From Gemmatimonadota bacterium (GTDB taxonomy: Bacteria; Gemmatimonadota; Gemmatimonadetes; Gemmatimonadales; GWC2-71-9), in assembly GCA_039591655.1 (NCBI GenBank), contig JBDHDE010000015.1, positions 1-64,000 of the forward strand: a DNA stretch of 64,000 nucleotides, written 5' to 3'. Positions 1 through 9,929 of the stretch are shown here, in pieces. Position 1 is the stretch's first letter. Each line of letters begins with the position of its first letter. A model generated the notes under the pieces. The model ran no database searches. It saw only the letters and a program-made list of their open reading frames with translations, and had not been told where the DNA came from. The position numbers and the translations under genes were made by a program.

Positions 1-1
1 C

Positions 2-796
2 AGGGCCATGGCTGTGTTGGAGCTCGAGAACGATCTGCGGGGAGCCTTGGAGCAGGATCAGTTCTGCCTCGAGTACCAGCCCGTGGTGTCCCTCCTCGGC
101 GAGGACATCTTGGGTTTCGAGGCCCTGGTGCGTTGGAGGCATCCGGAGCGGGGCCTGATCCCGCCGGACGAGTTCATCCCCATCGCCGAGGAAACCGGTT
201 TGATCGTACCGCTCGGCCTGCGCGTGTTGCAAGAGGCGTGTGGACGGATGGCAACGTGGATCCGGGAGCCACCCGACCTGCCGGACCTCTTCGTGAGCGT
301 CAACCTGGCGGCGAAGCAGTTGCAGCAGGCGGATCTGTTAGAGCGCGTAACGGCCGTACTGCGGGAGAGCGGACTGGACCCGCATCGCCTCAAGCTCGAG
401 ATTGCCGAGACGGTGCTCATGGACGACCCCGACTTCAACCTGGCTGTCGTTCGGGATCTCGCCGACCTCGGCGTGCAAGTGCAGATAGACGACTTCGGGA
501 CCGGTTACTCGTCGCTGTCGTACCTCAATCGGTTCCGCATCGACACACTGAAGATCGACCGGTCGTTCATCAGCAAGTTGAGCAGCGCTCACGACGAGAA
601 GTCGATCGTCGCCGAGGCCATCATCAAGCTGGCACGGGACCTGGGGATTCGGGTCATCGCCGAAGGCGTGGAGACCGAGGAACAGTCGCACAGCCTGCGA
701 CAGCTACGCTGCGAGGAGGCGCAGGGCTTCTTGTACTCGCGTCCGGTGGACGGGGAGAAGGCGGCTGCCATGCTCAAGGAGCGGGCGCGCCGTTAG
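2..796 (+). CDS. EAL-domain c-di-GMP phosphodiesterase, C-terminal part (gene begins upstream of the window)
   Basis: Motifs YQP, EALVRW, SVN, DDFGTGYSSLSYL, LKIDRSF, AEGVET, QGFLYSRP; frame is open to the window edge. Confidence 0.93.
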   Translation, partial: RAMAVLELENDLRGALEQDQFCLEYQPVVSLLGEDILGFEALVRWRHPERGLIPPDEFIPIAEETGLIVPLGLRVLQEACGRMATWIREPPDLPDLFVSVNLAAKQLQQADLLERVTAVLRESGLDPHRLKLEIAETVLMDDPDFNLAVVRDLADLGVQVQIDDFGTGYSSLSYLNRFRIDTLKIDRSFISKLSSAHDEKSIVAEAIIKLARDLGIRVIAEGVETEEQSHSLRQLRCEEAQGFLYSRPVDGEKAAAMLKERARR

Positions 797-1519
797 ATGC
801 ACCCCGACGGTCCCTCCTACGAAGTCATCACGTTCGACTGCTACGGCACCCTCATCGATTGGGAGACTGGGATAAGTACGGCTGTCGCCGCGGCGGCCAG
901 TGCAGCCGGTGTCGAACTCGGTCGCGAGGACATCCTCCAAGTTCACGCCGAGGTCGAGCCCGCCGTTCAGCGGGGCGTGCATCGATCGTATCGGGAGGTG
1001 CTGGAGCTCGTGGCGTTGGCTGCCGCTGAGCGCCTGGGCTTCCCGCTTGCCCCCTCGTCGTCATCGTTCCTGCCAGAGAGCCTGCCCGGGTGGCCGGCCT
1101 TTCCCGACACCAACCCGGCCCTGGAGCGACTGAGAGCCGCGGGCCTGAGGCTGGGGATCCTCTCAAATGTCGACAACGATCTGCTTGCCGGCACGCTGCG
1201 GCACTTCACGATCGACTTCGACTTCGTGGTCACGGCGCAGCAAGTGCGGTCATACAAGCCCGCCGCTCCCCACTTCCTGCGTGCTCGGGAGTTGATCGGT
1301 GAGGCACGCTGGCTCCACGTGGCTCAGAGCTACTTCCACGACGTCGAGCCGGCCTGTGCCCTCGACATTCCCGTGGCGTGGGTGAATCGCAAGGCCGAGT
1401 CACCCACTGGGAGTGCAAGGCCCGTCGTGGACCTGGAGACCCTCGGGGAATTGGTGCACTGGCTCGAGGCTCCGCCACCGCGCCAGATTGACGGGGCGGT
1501 GCCGGGAGGTGGGGATTAA
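797..1519 (+). CDS. HAD-superfamily hydrolase (haloacid dehalogenase type II-like)
   Basis: TFDCYGTLIDWE, LSNVD, SYKP, HVAQSYFHD motifs; ATG directly follows the previous stop. Confidence 0.9.
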   Translation: MHPDGPSYEVITFDCYGTLIDWETGISTAVAAAASAAGVELGREDILQVHAEVEPAVQRGVHRSYREVLELVALAAAERLGFPLAPSSSSFLPESLPGWPAFPDTNPALERLRAAGLRLGILSNVDNDLLAGTLRHFTIDFDFVVTAQQVRSYKPAAPHFLRARELIGEARWLHVAQSYFHDVEPACALDIPVAWVNRKAESPTGSARPVVDLETLGELVHWLEAPPPRQIDGAVPGGGD

Positions 1520-1608
1520 GGATGCGTTCACCGCGGGCCTGCGGTACGCGGACCTACAGAATTCGAGCATCCTTGACTGAGTTGGAGCATCCTTAGCGGA
1601 GGGAAGAG

Positions 1609-1995
1609 ATGGCACGCATTGTCTTGATCATCGCCGCCATCATTGAATTCGTCTTCCGCGGGCTCCCTGGCTTCTTTGGTTCCGAAGCCATCGCGAACCT
1701 GTTTGGACTCGAGTACATCGAAGCGGCTCTGGTCTATGTCCACCCCATGGGTGCGTTGATGCTGACGTTCGGGGTGATGTTCTTCCTTGCATCGAGGGAT
1801 TCGACGAAGTACAAATTCGTGATTGACATCGGGATCCTCCGGTACGCGCTTGCGATCGGTTCATACATCGTGACGATGGTGATGATGGGATCGCTCACGC
1901 TGTTCTGGTGGATCCACTTGGTTCTAGACGTGATCCTGTTGGTGCTGTTCATCGTATCGCGGCCCAGGACGCCGGCACCAGCACCGGCAGTATAG
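1609..1995 (+). CDS. Small four-TM membrane protein of unknown function
   Basis: 128 aa with four hydrophobic segments; GGAGG RBS upstream; visibly lower GC than neighbours. Confidence 0.75.
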   Translation: MARIVLIIAAIIEFVFRGLPGFFGSEAIANLFGLEYIEAALVYVHPMGALMLTFGVMFFLASRDSTKYKFVIDIGILRYALAIGSYIVTMVMMGSLTLFWWIHLVLDVILLVLFIVSRPRTPAPAPAV

Positions 1996-2058
1996 GCAGT
2001 CCAGGTTCCCCGAACGCAGGCCCGCGGGCGGATGCACCTGAGGGCTTTGGAGCAGGCG

Positions 2059-2631
2059 ATGCGCCAACGCTGTGCCTGGTTGGGTGATAACCCGCTCATG
2101 CTGGTGTACCACGATGAGGAGTGGGGGGTACCCGTCCATGACGACCGGAAGCACTTCGAGTTCCTTGTCCTGGACGCCTTCCAGGCAGGCCTGAGCTGGG
2201 CCATCGTGCTCAAGAAGCGGGAGCACTTCCGCAAGGCCTTCGCCGGGTTCGACCCGGAGAGAATCGTCCGTTACAGCAGCCGCAGCGTAGAGCGCCTCCT
2301 CAAGGACCCCGGCATCATCCGCAACCGGCAGAAGATCGAGGCCACGATCGGCAACGCCAAGGCTTTCCTGCGGCTCCAGGACGAGGTCGGGTCGTTCGAC
2401 GAGTTCGCGTGGCAGTTCGTGGACGGGCGCACAAAGCACAACCGCTGGCGTACCCTGAAGCAGCTCCCCGCCAAGACCAAGGAGTCAGACCGCCTGAGCA
2501 AGGCCCTCAAGGAGCGGGGCTTCAAGTTCGTCGGCTCCACCATCTGCTACGCCTACATGCAGGCGGCGGGGCTGGTGAACGACCACATCGTGGCGTGCTT
2601 CCGATGGGGGGAGTTGGGGGGCGGCAGGTAG
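2059..2631 (+). CDS. tag: DNA-3-methyladenine glycosylase I
   Basis: RCAW...YHDEEWGVP, FQAGLSW, IIRNRQKI, GFKFVGSTICYAYMQAAGLVNDH...C. Confidence 0.96.
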   Translation: MRQRCAWLGDNPLMLVYHDEEWGVPVHDDRKHFEFLVLDAFQAGLSWAIVLKKREHFRKAFAGFDPERIVRYSSRSVERLLKDPGIIRNRQKIEATIGNAKAFLRLQDEVGSFDEFAWQFVDGRTKHNRWRTLKQLPAKTKESDRLSKALKERGFKFVGSTICYAYMQAAGLVNDHIVACFRWGELGGGR

Positions 2632-2663
2632 GGTAGGGAAACTCCCGAGGACTCCCCGCCGCC

Positions 2664-3059
2664 CTACGGTCCGGGAAGCGCCTGCCGGTCCTTCGCGCGG
2701 GCCAGGACCCGCTCCATGAAGTCCACCCGCTCGCCCAGCTCGCCGATCTCGGCGCGCACTGTGTCCAATTCCTCCAGTACCATCTCGAACTGAGGGCCGA
2801 GCTGCTCCGGCGAGACGCCGACGGGGCTGGTCTCCCACCAGCGCCAGACGCGCTTCTCGTCGACGTCCCTGAAGGAACCGGATATCAGGAGGATCATGTC
2901 GTAGAGCCACCAGATCCCGAAGCCGCCGACGGTGGCGAGCTGGAGGATACCGGTGGCGATCTTGCCCGTGTAGAACCGGTGCGCTCCGAAGACTCCGATG
3001 GCGCTGCCGAGAATCAGGGCGACACCGCGCGAGCGATCGGAGATCTCGGTGGATTCCAT
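2664..3059 (-). CDS. TM2-domain membrane protein with C-terminal coiled coil
   Basis: GVFGAHRFYTGK...LQLATVGGFGIWWLYD TM2 signature; start chosen at MESTE (3059). Confidence 0.85.
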   Translation of the reverse strand: MESTEISDRSRGVALILGSAIGVFGAHRFYTGKIATGILQLATVGGFGIWWLYDMILLISGSFRDVDEKRVWRWWETSPVGVSPEQLGPQFEMVLEELDTVRAEIGELGERVDFMERVLARAKDRQALPGP

Positions 3060-3284
3060 TGGGCGACTCCACGTTGGGAGATCGTTGAAGCTACCGGGCC
3101 CTACGCCCGGGGCGGGGCCCCGGTTTCGATCGAGCCCCCTCATTGGTACAGCGGGGAAGCAGTCGGCGCCAGCACCGGGCGGGGAGCCACGGCCTCGATG
3201 CGCCGTGCCGTAGGGTGATGTCCGGCTTGCGTCCGGCGCCGGGGACTGATGATATTTGGTCGCCGGCCTCCGAGCCGGGACCGT

Positions 3285-3356
3285 GGCGGTATCGTCTAGG
3301 GGTTAGGACGCAGCCCTCTCAAGGCTGAAACACGGGTTCGACTCCCGTTACCGCTA
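3285..3356 (+). tRNA. tRNA-Glu (anticodon CTC)
   Basis: Acceptor GGCGGTA/TACCGCT, anticodon arm CAGCC-CT CTC AA-GGCTG, T-arm GGTTCGACTCC; CCA not encoded. Confidence 0.96.
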
Positions 3357-3374
3357 TGCTGGACGCTCCTGCAA

Positions 3375-3446
3375 GCCCCCATCGTCTAGCGGTAAGGACA
3401 TCACTCTTTCAAGGTGAAGACAGGGGTTCGACTCCCCTTGGGGGCA
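3375..3446 (+). tRNA. tRNA-Glu (anticodon TTC)
   Basis: Acceptor GCCCCCA/TGGGGGC, anticodon arm TCACT-CT TTC AA-GGTGA, T-arm GGTTCGACTCC; CCA not encoded. Confidence 0.96.
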
Positions 3447-3455
3447 TCACCTCGC

Positions 3456-5582
3456 TCAGAAGCCTCCCACCCAGGATACCCCGGCCCAGACGTGCCGCCC
3501 GGGGCTGTCCACGCCGCTGGCGTGACTGCGGTAGAGTGCGTCTGCCACGTTCTCGAACCCGGCGGAGACGTCGAGCTGCCTGGCCAGACGCGCGCCGGCC
3601 CGGAAGCTGTGCACGGCGAACCCCGGCGTGCCGCCCACCGAGATCCGCGGGTCCTGGAGGTCGCGAGAGCCCAGGCGCTCCTGCGGAGCAGCCCACCGGA
3701 GCAGGTACTCGATCCACACCGGCCGTTGGGGCGCAGTCCAGCGCAGGCTCGCGTGCCCGCCTAGCGGCGGGATCTTGGACATCGGTTCCTCCACGCCGTC
3801 CTGGCCTTGCTGCTCGCCGTAGGTGTACAGCAGTGTGGCCCGGATGCGTAGAGCCCCCAGGACCTCGACGACCTCGGCCTCGATACCCGTGAGGCGCGCC
3901 GTCCCGACGTTCCGCCCCTGGAAGACCCGCTCACCGTTGAACAGCGTGTCTCCCTGGAACTCACCGGGGACGCGGTCGATGAAGTCGGTGATGCGGGTGT
4001 AGTAGCCCGTGACGTCGAAGGCCGTCCTCGAGGTCGCGTAGCGCACCGCCAGCTCGCCACCCAGCGAGCGCTCCGGCCCGGCAGCGGTATTCGGCATCGC
4101 GATGCCTCCCGGCACTGGCCCCGCCCGGGTGAGGTCGTAGAGGTTGGGCGCCCGGAAGCCCCCGGCCAGCCGGGCCACGAGGCGCCATGATGCGGCGGGG
4201 GTGACGACCACCCCCAGTTGGCCCGTGAGGGCGGAGTTGCTGTTCTCGACGGCTCCTCCGAGTTGCGTCCCCACATCGGCCTCGTTGTGGAACCACCCCC
4301 AGCGCCCGCCCACGGAGAGCCGCACCCTGGAACCCAGGCCGCGCTCGACGGCAAGGAACACGCCCAGCCTGTCGGCGTTGGCCCCATCGGGGAAGTTGCC
4401 GGTGGGGATGGGCCCGGCGGCCGTCTCCCGGAACAGCGGTGTGAGCGCGTCGGTCTGGAGGTCCTCCTCGAACCCCTCGCTCGACAGGGCGTCGTGGTAG
4501 TAGTCGGCGCCCCACGTGAGCGTCAGCGGCTCGCTGCCCAGCATCACCATGCTCGAGCCCACCAGGCTCAGTCCGGGGGTGTAGGCGTCGTCGCGCCAGC
4601 GAGTGCGAGTGTTGGCGGTGTCACCCGTATCCAGGAGCCTGACGCGGGCCCGGCCCTCGCGCTGAATGGAGAGGCTTGCAGTGGCCTCGAGTCGCGCGAG
4701 CGCCGGCGTGCCCGGCATGTAGGTGTAGCGTGCGTAGGCGAGCTGCCGGGTCTGGGGTTCGAACAGGTGCTCGGCGTCCGGTCCGGGGGCCGGAGCGCGA
4801 AAGTCCACGTAGCGGTCGTAACGCGGCACGCCGTGCATGGCGAAGTGCTGCACGACGCCCTCGAGTAGATGACGGTCGTTGACGTGATACGTCAGCTCCG
4901 CGTCGAACCCCTCGGCGTCGAACCCAGTCGGAACCTGAGGGCCGACCTCCCCTGCCCGCAAATCTCCGGCGGACACCAGGGTGCCGCCCAGGGCGACGCT
5001 GAAGCGAGGGCCGACGAGCCCCCCCGACACTCGGCCACGCACGCCGTTGTCGGCCGACGACGCGGCACCGGCCAATCGTACGCTGCGTGCACCCTGGAAC
5101 GGGTGGGGGCGGGTGATGATGTTGACTACGCCGCCCTGCGCGTCGGAGCCGTAGAACACCGAGGCCGGACCCCGGACTACCTCGATGCGCTCGACGGTCT
5201 CGGGATCGATTGTGGCTAGATACTGTCCGGGACCGTCCCGATACGTACCGTTGTTGAGCGGCACGCCGTTCACCAGGAGCAGGACCTGGTTGCCGATGAG
5301 GCCTCGCAGGATCACCGCGCCCTGGCCGGCCGAGGTCTGTTGGACCCGCACCCCGGCAACGTCCCGCAGGAGGTTGGCGGTCTGTGTGCCGGAGCTGCGC
5401 TCGCTCAGGCTGGGGGCGACGTACGACAGGGCGGCGGGTTGGTCCAGCCGCACGGTCTCACCCGAGCGGGTGCCGCTGACGACCATCTCCTTCAGCAGTA
5501 TGACCGTGTCGCGCACGGCAGAGGTATCCTGCTGTGCGAGCGCAATGGTCGAGACGGCGAGTAGCGCCGTAGGGATCGTCAT
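3456..5582 (-). CDS. TonB-dependent outer-membrane receptor
   Basis: Signal peptide; TonB-box-like EMVVSGTR; plug motif VERIEVVRGPASVFYGSDAQGGVVNIIT; FRAPNL; ENVAD..Y; C-terminal Phe. Confidence 0.93.
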   Translation of the reverse strand: MTIPTALLAVSTIALAQQDTSAVRDTVILLKEMVVSGTRSGETVRLDQPAALSYVAPSLSERSSGTQTANLLRDVAGVRVQQTSAGQGAVILRGLIGNQVLLLVNGVPLNNGTYRDGPGQYLATIDPETVERIEVVRGPASVFYGSDAQGGVVNIITRPHPFQGARSVRLAGAASSADNGVRGRVSGGLVGPRFSVALGGTLVSAGDLRAGEVGPQVPTGFDAEGFDAELTYHVNDRHLLEGVVQHFAMHGVPRYDRYVDFRAPAPGPDAEHLFEPQTRQLAYARYTYMPGTPALARLEATASLSIQREGRARVRLLDTGDTANTRTRWRDDAYTPGLSLVGSSMVMLGSEPLTLTWGADYYHDALSSEGFEEDLQTDALTPLFRETAAGPIPTGNFPDGANADRLGVFLAVERGLGSRVRLSVGGRWGWFHNEADVGTQLGGAVENSNSALTGQLGVVVTPAASWRLVARLAGGFRAPNLYDLTRAGPVPGGIAMPNTAAGPERSLGGELAVRYATSRTAFDVTGYYTRITDFIDRVPGEFQGDTLFNGERVFQGRNVGTARLTGIEAEVVEVLGALRIRATLLYTYGEQQGQDGVEEPMSKIPPLGGHASLRWTAPQRPVWIEYLLRWAAPQERLGSRDLQDPRISVGGTPGFAVHSFRAGARLARQLDVSAGFENVADALYRSHASGVDSPGRHVWAGVSWVGGF

Positions 5583-5708
5583 GCCGACAAGAATGTACAA
5601 GATCGCTGTCCCCGGTGCGTGTATTGTACCACCAGAGGCACAGGATGTTGCGGGCGGCTCTAGCGGCCTGGGAGACATGCAGCCGGCCAAAACGGGTCTG
5701 TTGCGGCC

Positions 5709-5737
5709 TTGCATCCGGGGCGGGCCGCGGCGATAAT
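5709..5737 (+). promoter_or_regulatory. sigma70-like promoter of tRNA-Lys
   Basis: TTGCAT-N17-GATAAT ending 8 nt before the tRNA 5' end. Confidence 0.6.
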
Positions 5738-5745
5738 TACCCCGC

Positions 5746-5818
<73 letters not shown>

Positions 5819-5858
5819 TGCGACGAAACGGTTGTAGGTCAACAAGTTCGAGATTCGA

Positions 5859-5891
5859 AAGGTCGCTCTTCGGAGCGGCCTTCTTCGTCTT
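5859..5891 (+). terminator. Intrinsic terminator-like hairpin after tRNA-Lys
   Basis: AAGGTCGCTC-TTCG-GAGCGGCCTT followed by pyrimidine-rich CTTCGTCTT. Confidence 0.7.
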
Positions 5892-5926
5892 GGGACCCCA
5901 AATGGTACCCCAAACTCGGTGAGTCT
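5891..5926 (+). repeat. 36-bp imperfect direct repeat, copy 1 (contains tandem 12-bp TGG(G/T)ACCCCAAA units)
   Basis: TGGGACCCCAAATGGTACCCCAAACTCGGTGAGTCT; 30/36 identical to 10020-10055. Confidence 0.8.
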
Positions 5927-6023
5927 CACGCTCACAGCACCTATATCGCATCTTCTAACGAGATGACTGACCTCCTCGACCGTCTCAAAGGGAGTGGACA
6001 GCCCCTTCGTCGTCTTGGATGGG

Positions 6024-6050
6024 GGAAACCTTCTGTTTGGTTTCCCCGTA
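6024..6050 (+). promoter_or_regulatory. ECF (sigmaW-like) promoter candidate upstream of the efflux module
   Basis: GGAAAC-N17-CGTA, resembling the TGAAAC...CGTA consensus. Confidence 0.5.
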
Positions 6051-6111
6051 TGTTTATCTGGTACGGAGTCATACCCAACGCGTTGACGAATAGGAGAATG
6101 GAGTAAGCTGA

Positions 6112-7368
6112 ATGATGAAGAGGAAACGCCTATGGATCGGTGCCGCGGCTGTCGTGGTCGTCGGCCTTGTTGTTGCGGGCCTGGCCGGGCGGGGTGGTGG
6201 AGATGAGCCCCTGGCCGTACAGACCGCGAAGGTCGATCGGCGGAAGATCGTGCAGAAGGTCAGCGCCACCGGGAAGATCCAGCCGAAGACCCAGGTAAGG
6301 ATGAGCGCCGATGTGAGCGCAAAGATCACGAGGCTGGCCGTTGTGGAGGGTCAATGGGTGGAGGAGGGGGAATTCTTGGTGGAACTGGACCGGGAGCGCT
6401 ACATCGCTTCGGTCGAGAGTGCCGAGGCCAGTGTGCGGTCCGCCCAGGCCAACGCCACACTGGTCCGCCAGAACATGGAGAGGAGCGAGAGGGAATACAC
6501 TCGGTCGCAGGAACTGGTGGGACAAGATCTGGAGTCGCAGGCCGTCTACGAAGACAAGGAGGCGGCTTACCAGGTGGAAGTGTCGCGCCATGAGTTTGCC
6601 ACGAATCAGGTGGAGCAGGCCGAGGCGGTATTGAAGCAGGCCCGCGACGATCTCTCCAAGACCACCATCTATGCGCCCATGTCCGGGACCATCAGTGACC
6701 TGAACAAGGAAGTCGGCGAGATCGCCATCGGCTCCCAGTTTCAGGAGGATGTCATTCTCGTGATCGCTGATCTCTCGGAGATGGAGGCCCAGGTCAATGT
6801 GGATGAGAACGACATTGTCTCCATTGCCATCAACCAGGTGGCGGAAATCGAGGTCGACGCGTTGCTCGATCAGGTGCTCAACGGCGTTGTCTACGAAATC
6901 GCCAGCAGCGCCAATGTCGCCGGCGCGGGCAGCTCAGAACAGAAGACTGAGTTCGAGATCAAGATCAGCATTACCGATCCCCCGGAGACGCTGCGCCCGG
7001 GGATGACGGCGAGCGCGGATGTCTTCACCAAGACCAATGAAAGCGCGCTGAGCGTTCCCATTCAGAGTGTCGCGGTCCGAACCGTGGATCAGCTCACGAT
7101 GGAGGGCGAGAATCGCGAGGACGCGGAAGAGCGCTACACGGCGGACCGGGAGGGGTTCGTGGAGGTTGTGTTCTGCATCGAGGACGGGAGGGCGATCGCA
7201 AAGCAGGTCAGGACGGGCATTCAGAGCGATGAGTATATCGAAATTCTCGAGGGCCTGGAGGAAGGCGATGAAGTTGTCACCGGCAGCTATCGCGCCATCT
7301 CGAGGGACCTCGAAAACGGTGCTGTCGTGACCATCGACAACGATGCAGTGGAGTCCGATGGAGCCTAG
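6112..7368 (+). CDS. MacA/HlyD-type periplasmic adaptor (membrane fusion protein)
   Basis: N-terminal TM, VSATGKIQP, coiled-coil hairpin, TTIYAPMSG, VDENDI, LRPGMTA, GLEEGDEVVTG. Confidence 0.93.
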   Translation: MMKRKRLWIGAAAVVVVGLVVAGLAGRGGGDEPLAVQTAKVDRRKIVQKVSATGKIQPKTQVRMSADVSAKITRLAVVEGQWVEEGEFLVELDRERYIASVESAEASVRSAQANATLVRQNMERSEREYTRSQELVGQDLESQAVYEDKEAAYQVEVSRHEFATNQVEQAEAVLKQARDDLSKTTIYAPMSGTISDLNKEVGEIAIGSQFQEDVILVIADLSEMEAQVNVDENDIVSIAINQVAEIEVDALLDQVLNGVVYEIASSANVAGAGSSEQKTEFEIKISITDPPETLRPGMTASADVFTKTNESALSVPIQSVAVRTVDQLTMEGENREDAEERYTADREGFVEVVFCIEDGRAIAKQVRTGIQSDEYIEILEGLEEGDEVVTGSYRAISRDLENGAVVTIDNDAVESDGA

Positions 7369-7419
7369 TCGTTTGGATCACGCGGAAACGGATATGACGC
7401 CGGCTAGGGAAGAGGCTCT

Positions 7420-8658
7420 ATGAGTCGGGCGCTTGATCTGGGGGAGTCGTTTCGGATCGCGTTGGGCGCAATCCGCGCCAACAAGGGCCGCGGTGCACTG
7501 ACCACACTGGGCATCATCATCGGCATTGTCGCGGTAGTTCTCACCATGACCGCCGCCAACGGGCTGCAGAACGCGGCCCGGCAGGGGTTCTCCGCCGTCG
7601 GCACGGACGTGTTCTACGTCTCCCGCATGCCCTGGATCATCATGAGTGATTTCTTCCTCTTTCGGAATCGTCCCAACATCGAACTCAAAGAGGCTAGGGA
7701 GCTGGAGTACAGACTGCACGGCAGAGGCATCGTCAATCCCACGATGGATACGCGCCGGGACGTCAAGTACCGATCCGAGGTCATGGAGGGCGTGAGGATT
7801 GTCGGCACCACCGAAAAACAGACGCTGGTGTCCAGCGCGCAGCCGCAGATGGGCCGGTTCATGATGGAGTTCGACGTCACCTACAAGAGGAACGTCTGCA
7901 TCATCGGGACCGATGTTCGGGATGGCCTGTTCGGAGCGGCGAACCCCATCAACAAGAAGATAAGAATCGGGCGCACGGATTTTCGCGTCATCGGCGTCAT
8001 GGAGGAGCAGGGCGGTAGCTTTCTCGGCGGTCCGAACTTCGACCGGCAGGTTTTCATTCCTATTACTTCCTACGTAAAGGCATTTGGCGGACACCATGGA
8101 CGCGAGGATGTGGGCATTGCTGTCAAGGCGCCCACGCAGGAAGCAATGGAGGAGCTCGAGTTCGAGGTGATCGGGCAGATGCGGAAGATCCGCAAATTAC
8201 GTCCCATGGAATCCGACAACTTTTCCATCAACAAGCTCGAAACGCTGATGGGGGCGTTCAACAACGTGATGGGTGTGGTGCTTCTTGTGGGACTGCTCGT
8301 CACCAGCATATCGCTGTTCGTCGGCGGGGTGGGGGTGATGAACATCATGTTCGTCTCCGTCACGGAGCGCACTCGTGAGATCGGTATCCGCAAGGCCATT
8401 GGCGCCAAACGGCACAATATCCTGTTCCAGTTTCTCTTCGAAGCGTGCGCGATCTGTCTGATGGGTGGGGTGATCGGGATTGTGCTCGCGTCGCTATTGA
8501 CTGCCGTCATCAACGCCGTGCTGATGCCGGCGAGTGTGAACCTGCCCATCCTGATCACTGCTGTTCTCGTTTCCGTGTTCGTCGGCACTCTGGCGGGTTT
8601 CGTGCCGGCCTGGAGGGCTGCCAGGCTCAATCCGATTGAGGCGCTTCGTTATGAGTAG
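7420..8658 (+). CDS. MacB/FtsX-family ABC transporter permease
   Basis: LTTLGIIIGI, GGVGVMNIMFVSVTERTREIGIRKAIGA, ARLNPIEALRYE. Confidence 0.95.
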   Translation: MSRALDLGESFRIALGAIRANKGRGALTTLGIIIGIVAVVLTMTAANGLQNAARQGFSAVGTDVFYVSRMPWIIMSDFFLFRNRPNIELKEARELEYRLHGRGIVNPTMDTRRDVKYRSEVMEGVRIVGTTEKQTLVSSAQPQMGRFMMEFDVTYKRNVCIIGTDVRDGLFGAANPINKKIRIGRTDFRVIGVMEEQGGSFLGGPNFDRQVFIPITSYVKAFGGHHGREDVGIAVKAPTQEAMEELEFEVIGQMRKIRKLRPMESDNFSINKLETLMGAFNNVMGVVLLVGLLVTSISLFVGGVGVMNIMFVSVTERTREIGIRKAIGAKRHNILFQFLFEACAICLMGGVIGIVLASLLTAVINAVLMPASVNLPILITAVLVSVFVGTLAGFVPAWRAARLNPIEALRYE

Positions 8659-8681
8659 GTCCGAGCCGGAGAGTAGTTGCC

Positions 8682-9929
8682 ATGCGTCCCCTTGACACAC
8701 TCGTCATGTCCTTTGGGTCGATTCTCAGCCACAAGCTGAGATCCATACTGACCCTGGTGGGGATCGTCGCAGGGATCGCGTCGATCATCGCCGTGATGAC
8801 GGCCATATCCGTAGTGCAGGCCACCATAGAAAAGGAAATGAGCGTGCTGGGCGCGCAGACTTTCCAGGTTCAGAAATGGCCGGCCGGCGGATTCAATTCG
8901 GCGGAGGAACGACGCAAGGCGATGCTCAGGCCACCGGTCACCGTCGCGCATGCCAACGCGATCCGGGAACAGGTCGGGACCGTCGATCTGGTAGGGGCGG
9001 AGCTGTGGGACGGTGGCTACACGGTGGAGTACCGGGGCGAGTCCACCAACCCCAATGTCACGATCTGCGGCGGTACGCCGGAGTACCCGCCCAACAACAC
9101 GCACTACGTAGGACTGGGACGCAACCTCTCGCAAATGGATATCAGGAGCGGCCGCTACGTGGCTGTCATCGGTCATGCGATCGGGCAGAAGCTGTTTCCT
9201 TTCGTCGATCCCATCGGCAAGGAGATCCGTCTGGACGGGCGCAAATACGAAGTGGTTGGCGTTTTCGAAGAAAAGAAATCGGCCTTCGGAGGAGGCTTCG
9301 ACAACTATGTGCTGATCCCCATCACGACATATCTGGACATCTACGGCATGATCGATCGCAATGGCTTTTCCCGCTCGGTAAACATAACGGTTCGCGCTAA
9401 GTCGCCGGAACTCATCGAGGATGCGATTGAGGAAACACGCCAGGTGATGCGGCGCGAGCGGGGTGTGAGAGCCAACGAAGAAGACAACTTCGACTTCTTC
9501 AACAGCGAGAGCCTCATTACCGAGTTCAATAGAATGACACAGGGCGTCAAGATCGCGGCCTTTGTGATCGGCATTATTGCGCTTGTCGTTGCCGGTATCG
9601 GCATCATGAACATCATGCTGGTGTCCGTGACAGAGCGAACGAAGGAAATCGGTATTCGGAAATCTCTCGGCGCCAGACCGAGAAGCATCCTCACGCAGTT
9701 CCTTCTGGAGGCCGTCACTCTCTGTAACATCGGGGGTGTGTTCGGTGTCCTGGTGGGGTTCGGTCTGGGAAACGCCATAACTTTCTTCGTTCCCTTTGAC
9801 AACAATGTTCCCATGGAATGGGCCGTCATCGGACTTCTCTTCTGCTCGGCGGTCGGAATTGCCTTTGGTCTCCTGCCCGCCATCCGGGCCTCCAGACTCA
9901 ATCCCGTCGACGCACTCGGCTACGAGTAG
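8682..9929 (+). CDS. MacB/FtsX-family ABC transporter permease (second paralog)
   Basis: HKLRSILTLVGI, GIGIMNIMLVSVTERTKEIGIRKSLGA, SRLNPVDALGYE. Confidence 0.95.
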   Translation: MRPLDTLVMSFGSILSHKLRSILTLVGIVAGIASIIAVMTAISVVQATIEKEMSVLGAQTFQVQKWPAGGFNSAEERRKAMLRPPVTVAHANAIREQVGTVDLVGAELWDGGYTVEYRGESTNPNVTICGGTPEYPPNNTHYVGLGRNLSQMDIRSGRYVAVIGHAIGQKLFPFVDPIGKEIRLDGRKYEVVGVFEEKKSAFGGGFDNYVLIPITTYLDIYGMIDRNGFSRSVNITVRAKSPELIEDAIEETRQVMRRERGVRANEEDNFDFFNSESLITEFNRMTQGVKIAAFVIGIIALVVAGIGIMNIMLVSVTERTKEIGIRKSLGARPRSILTQFLLEAVTLCNIGGVFGVLVGFGLGNAITFFVPFDNNVPMEWAVIGLLFCSAVGIAFGLLPAIRASRLNPVDALGYE

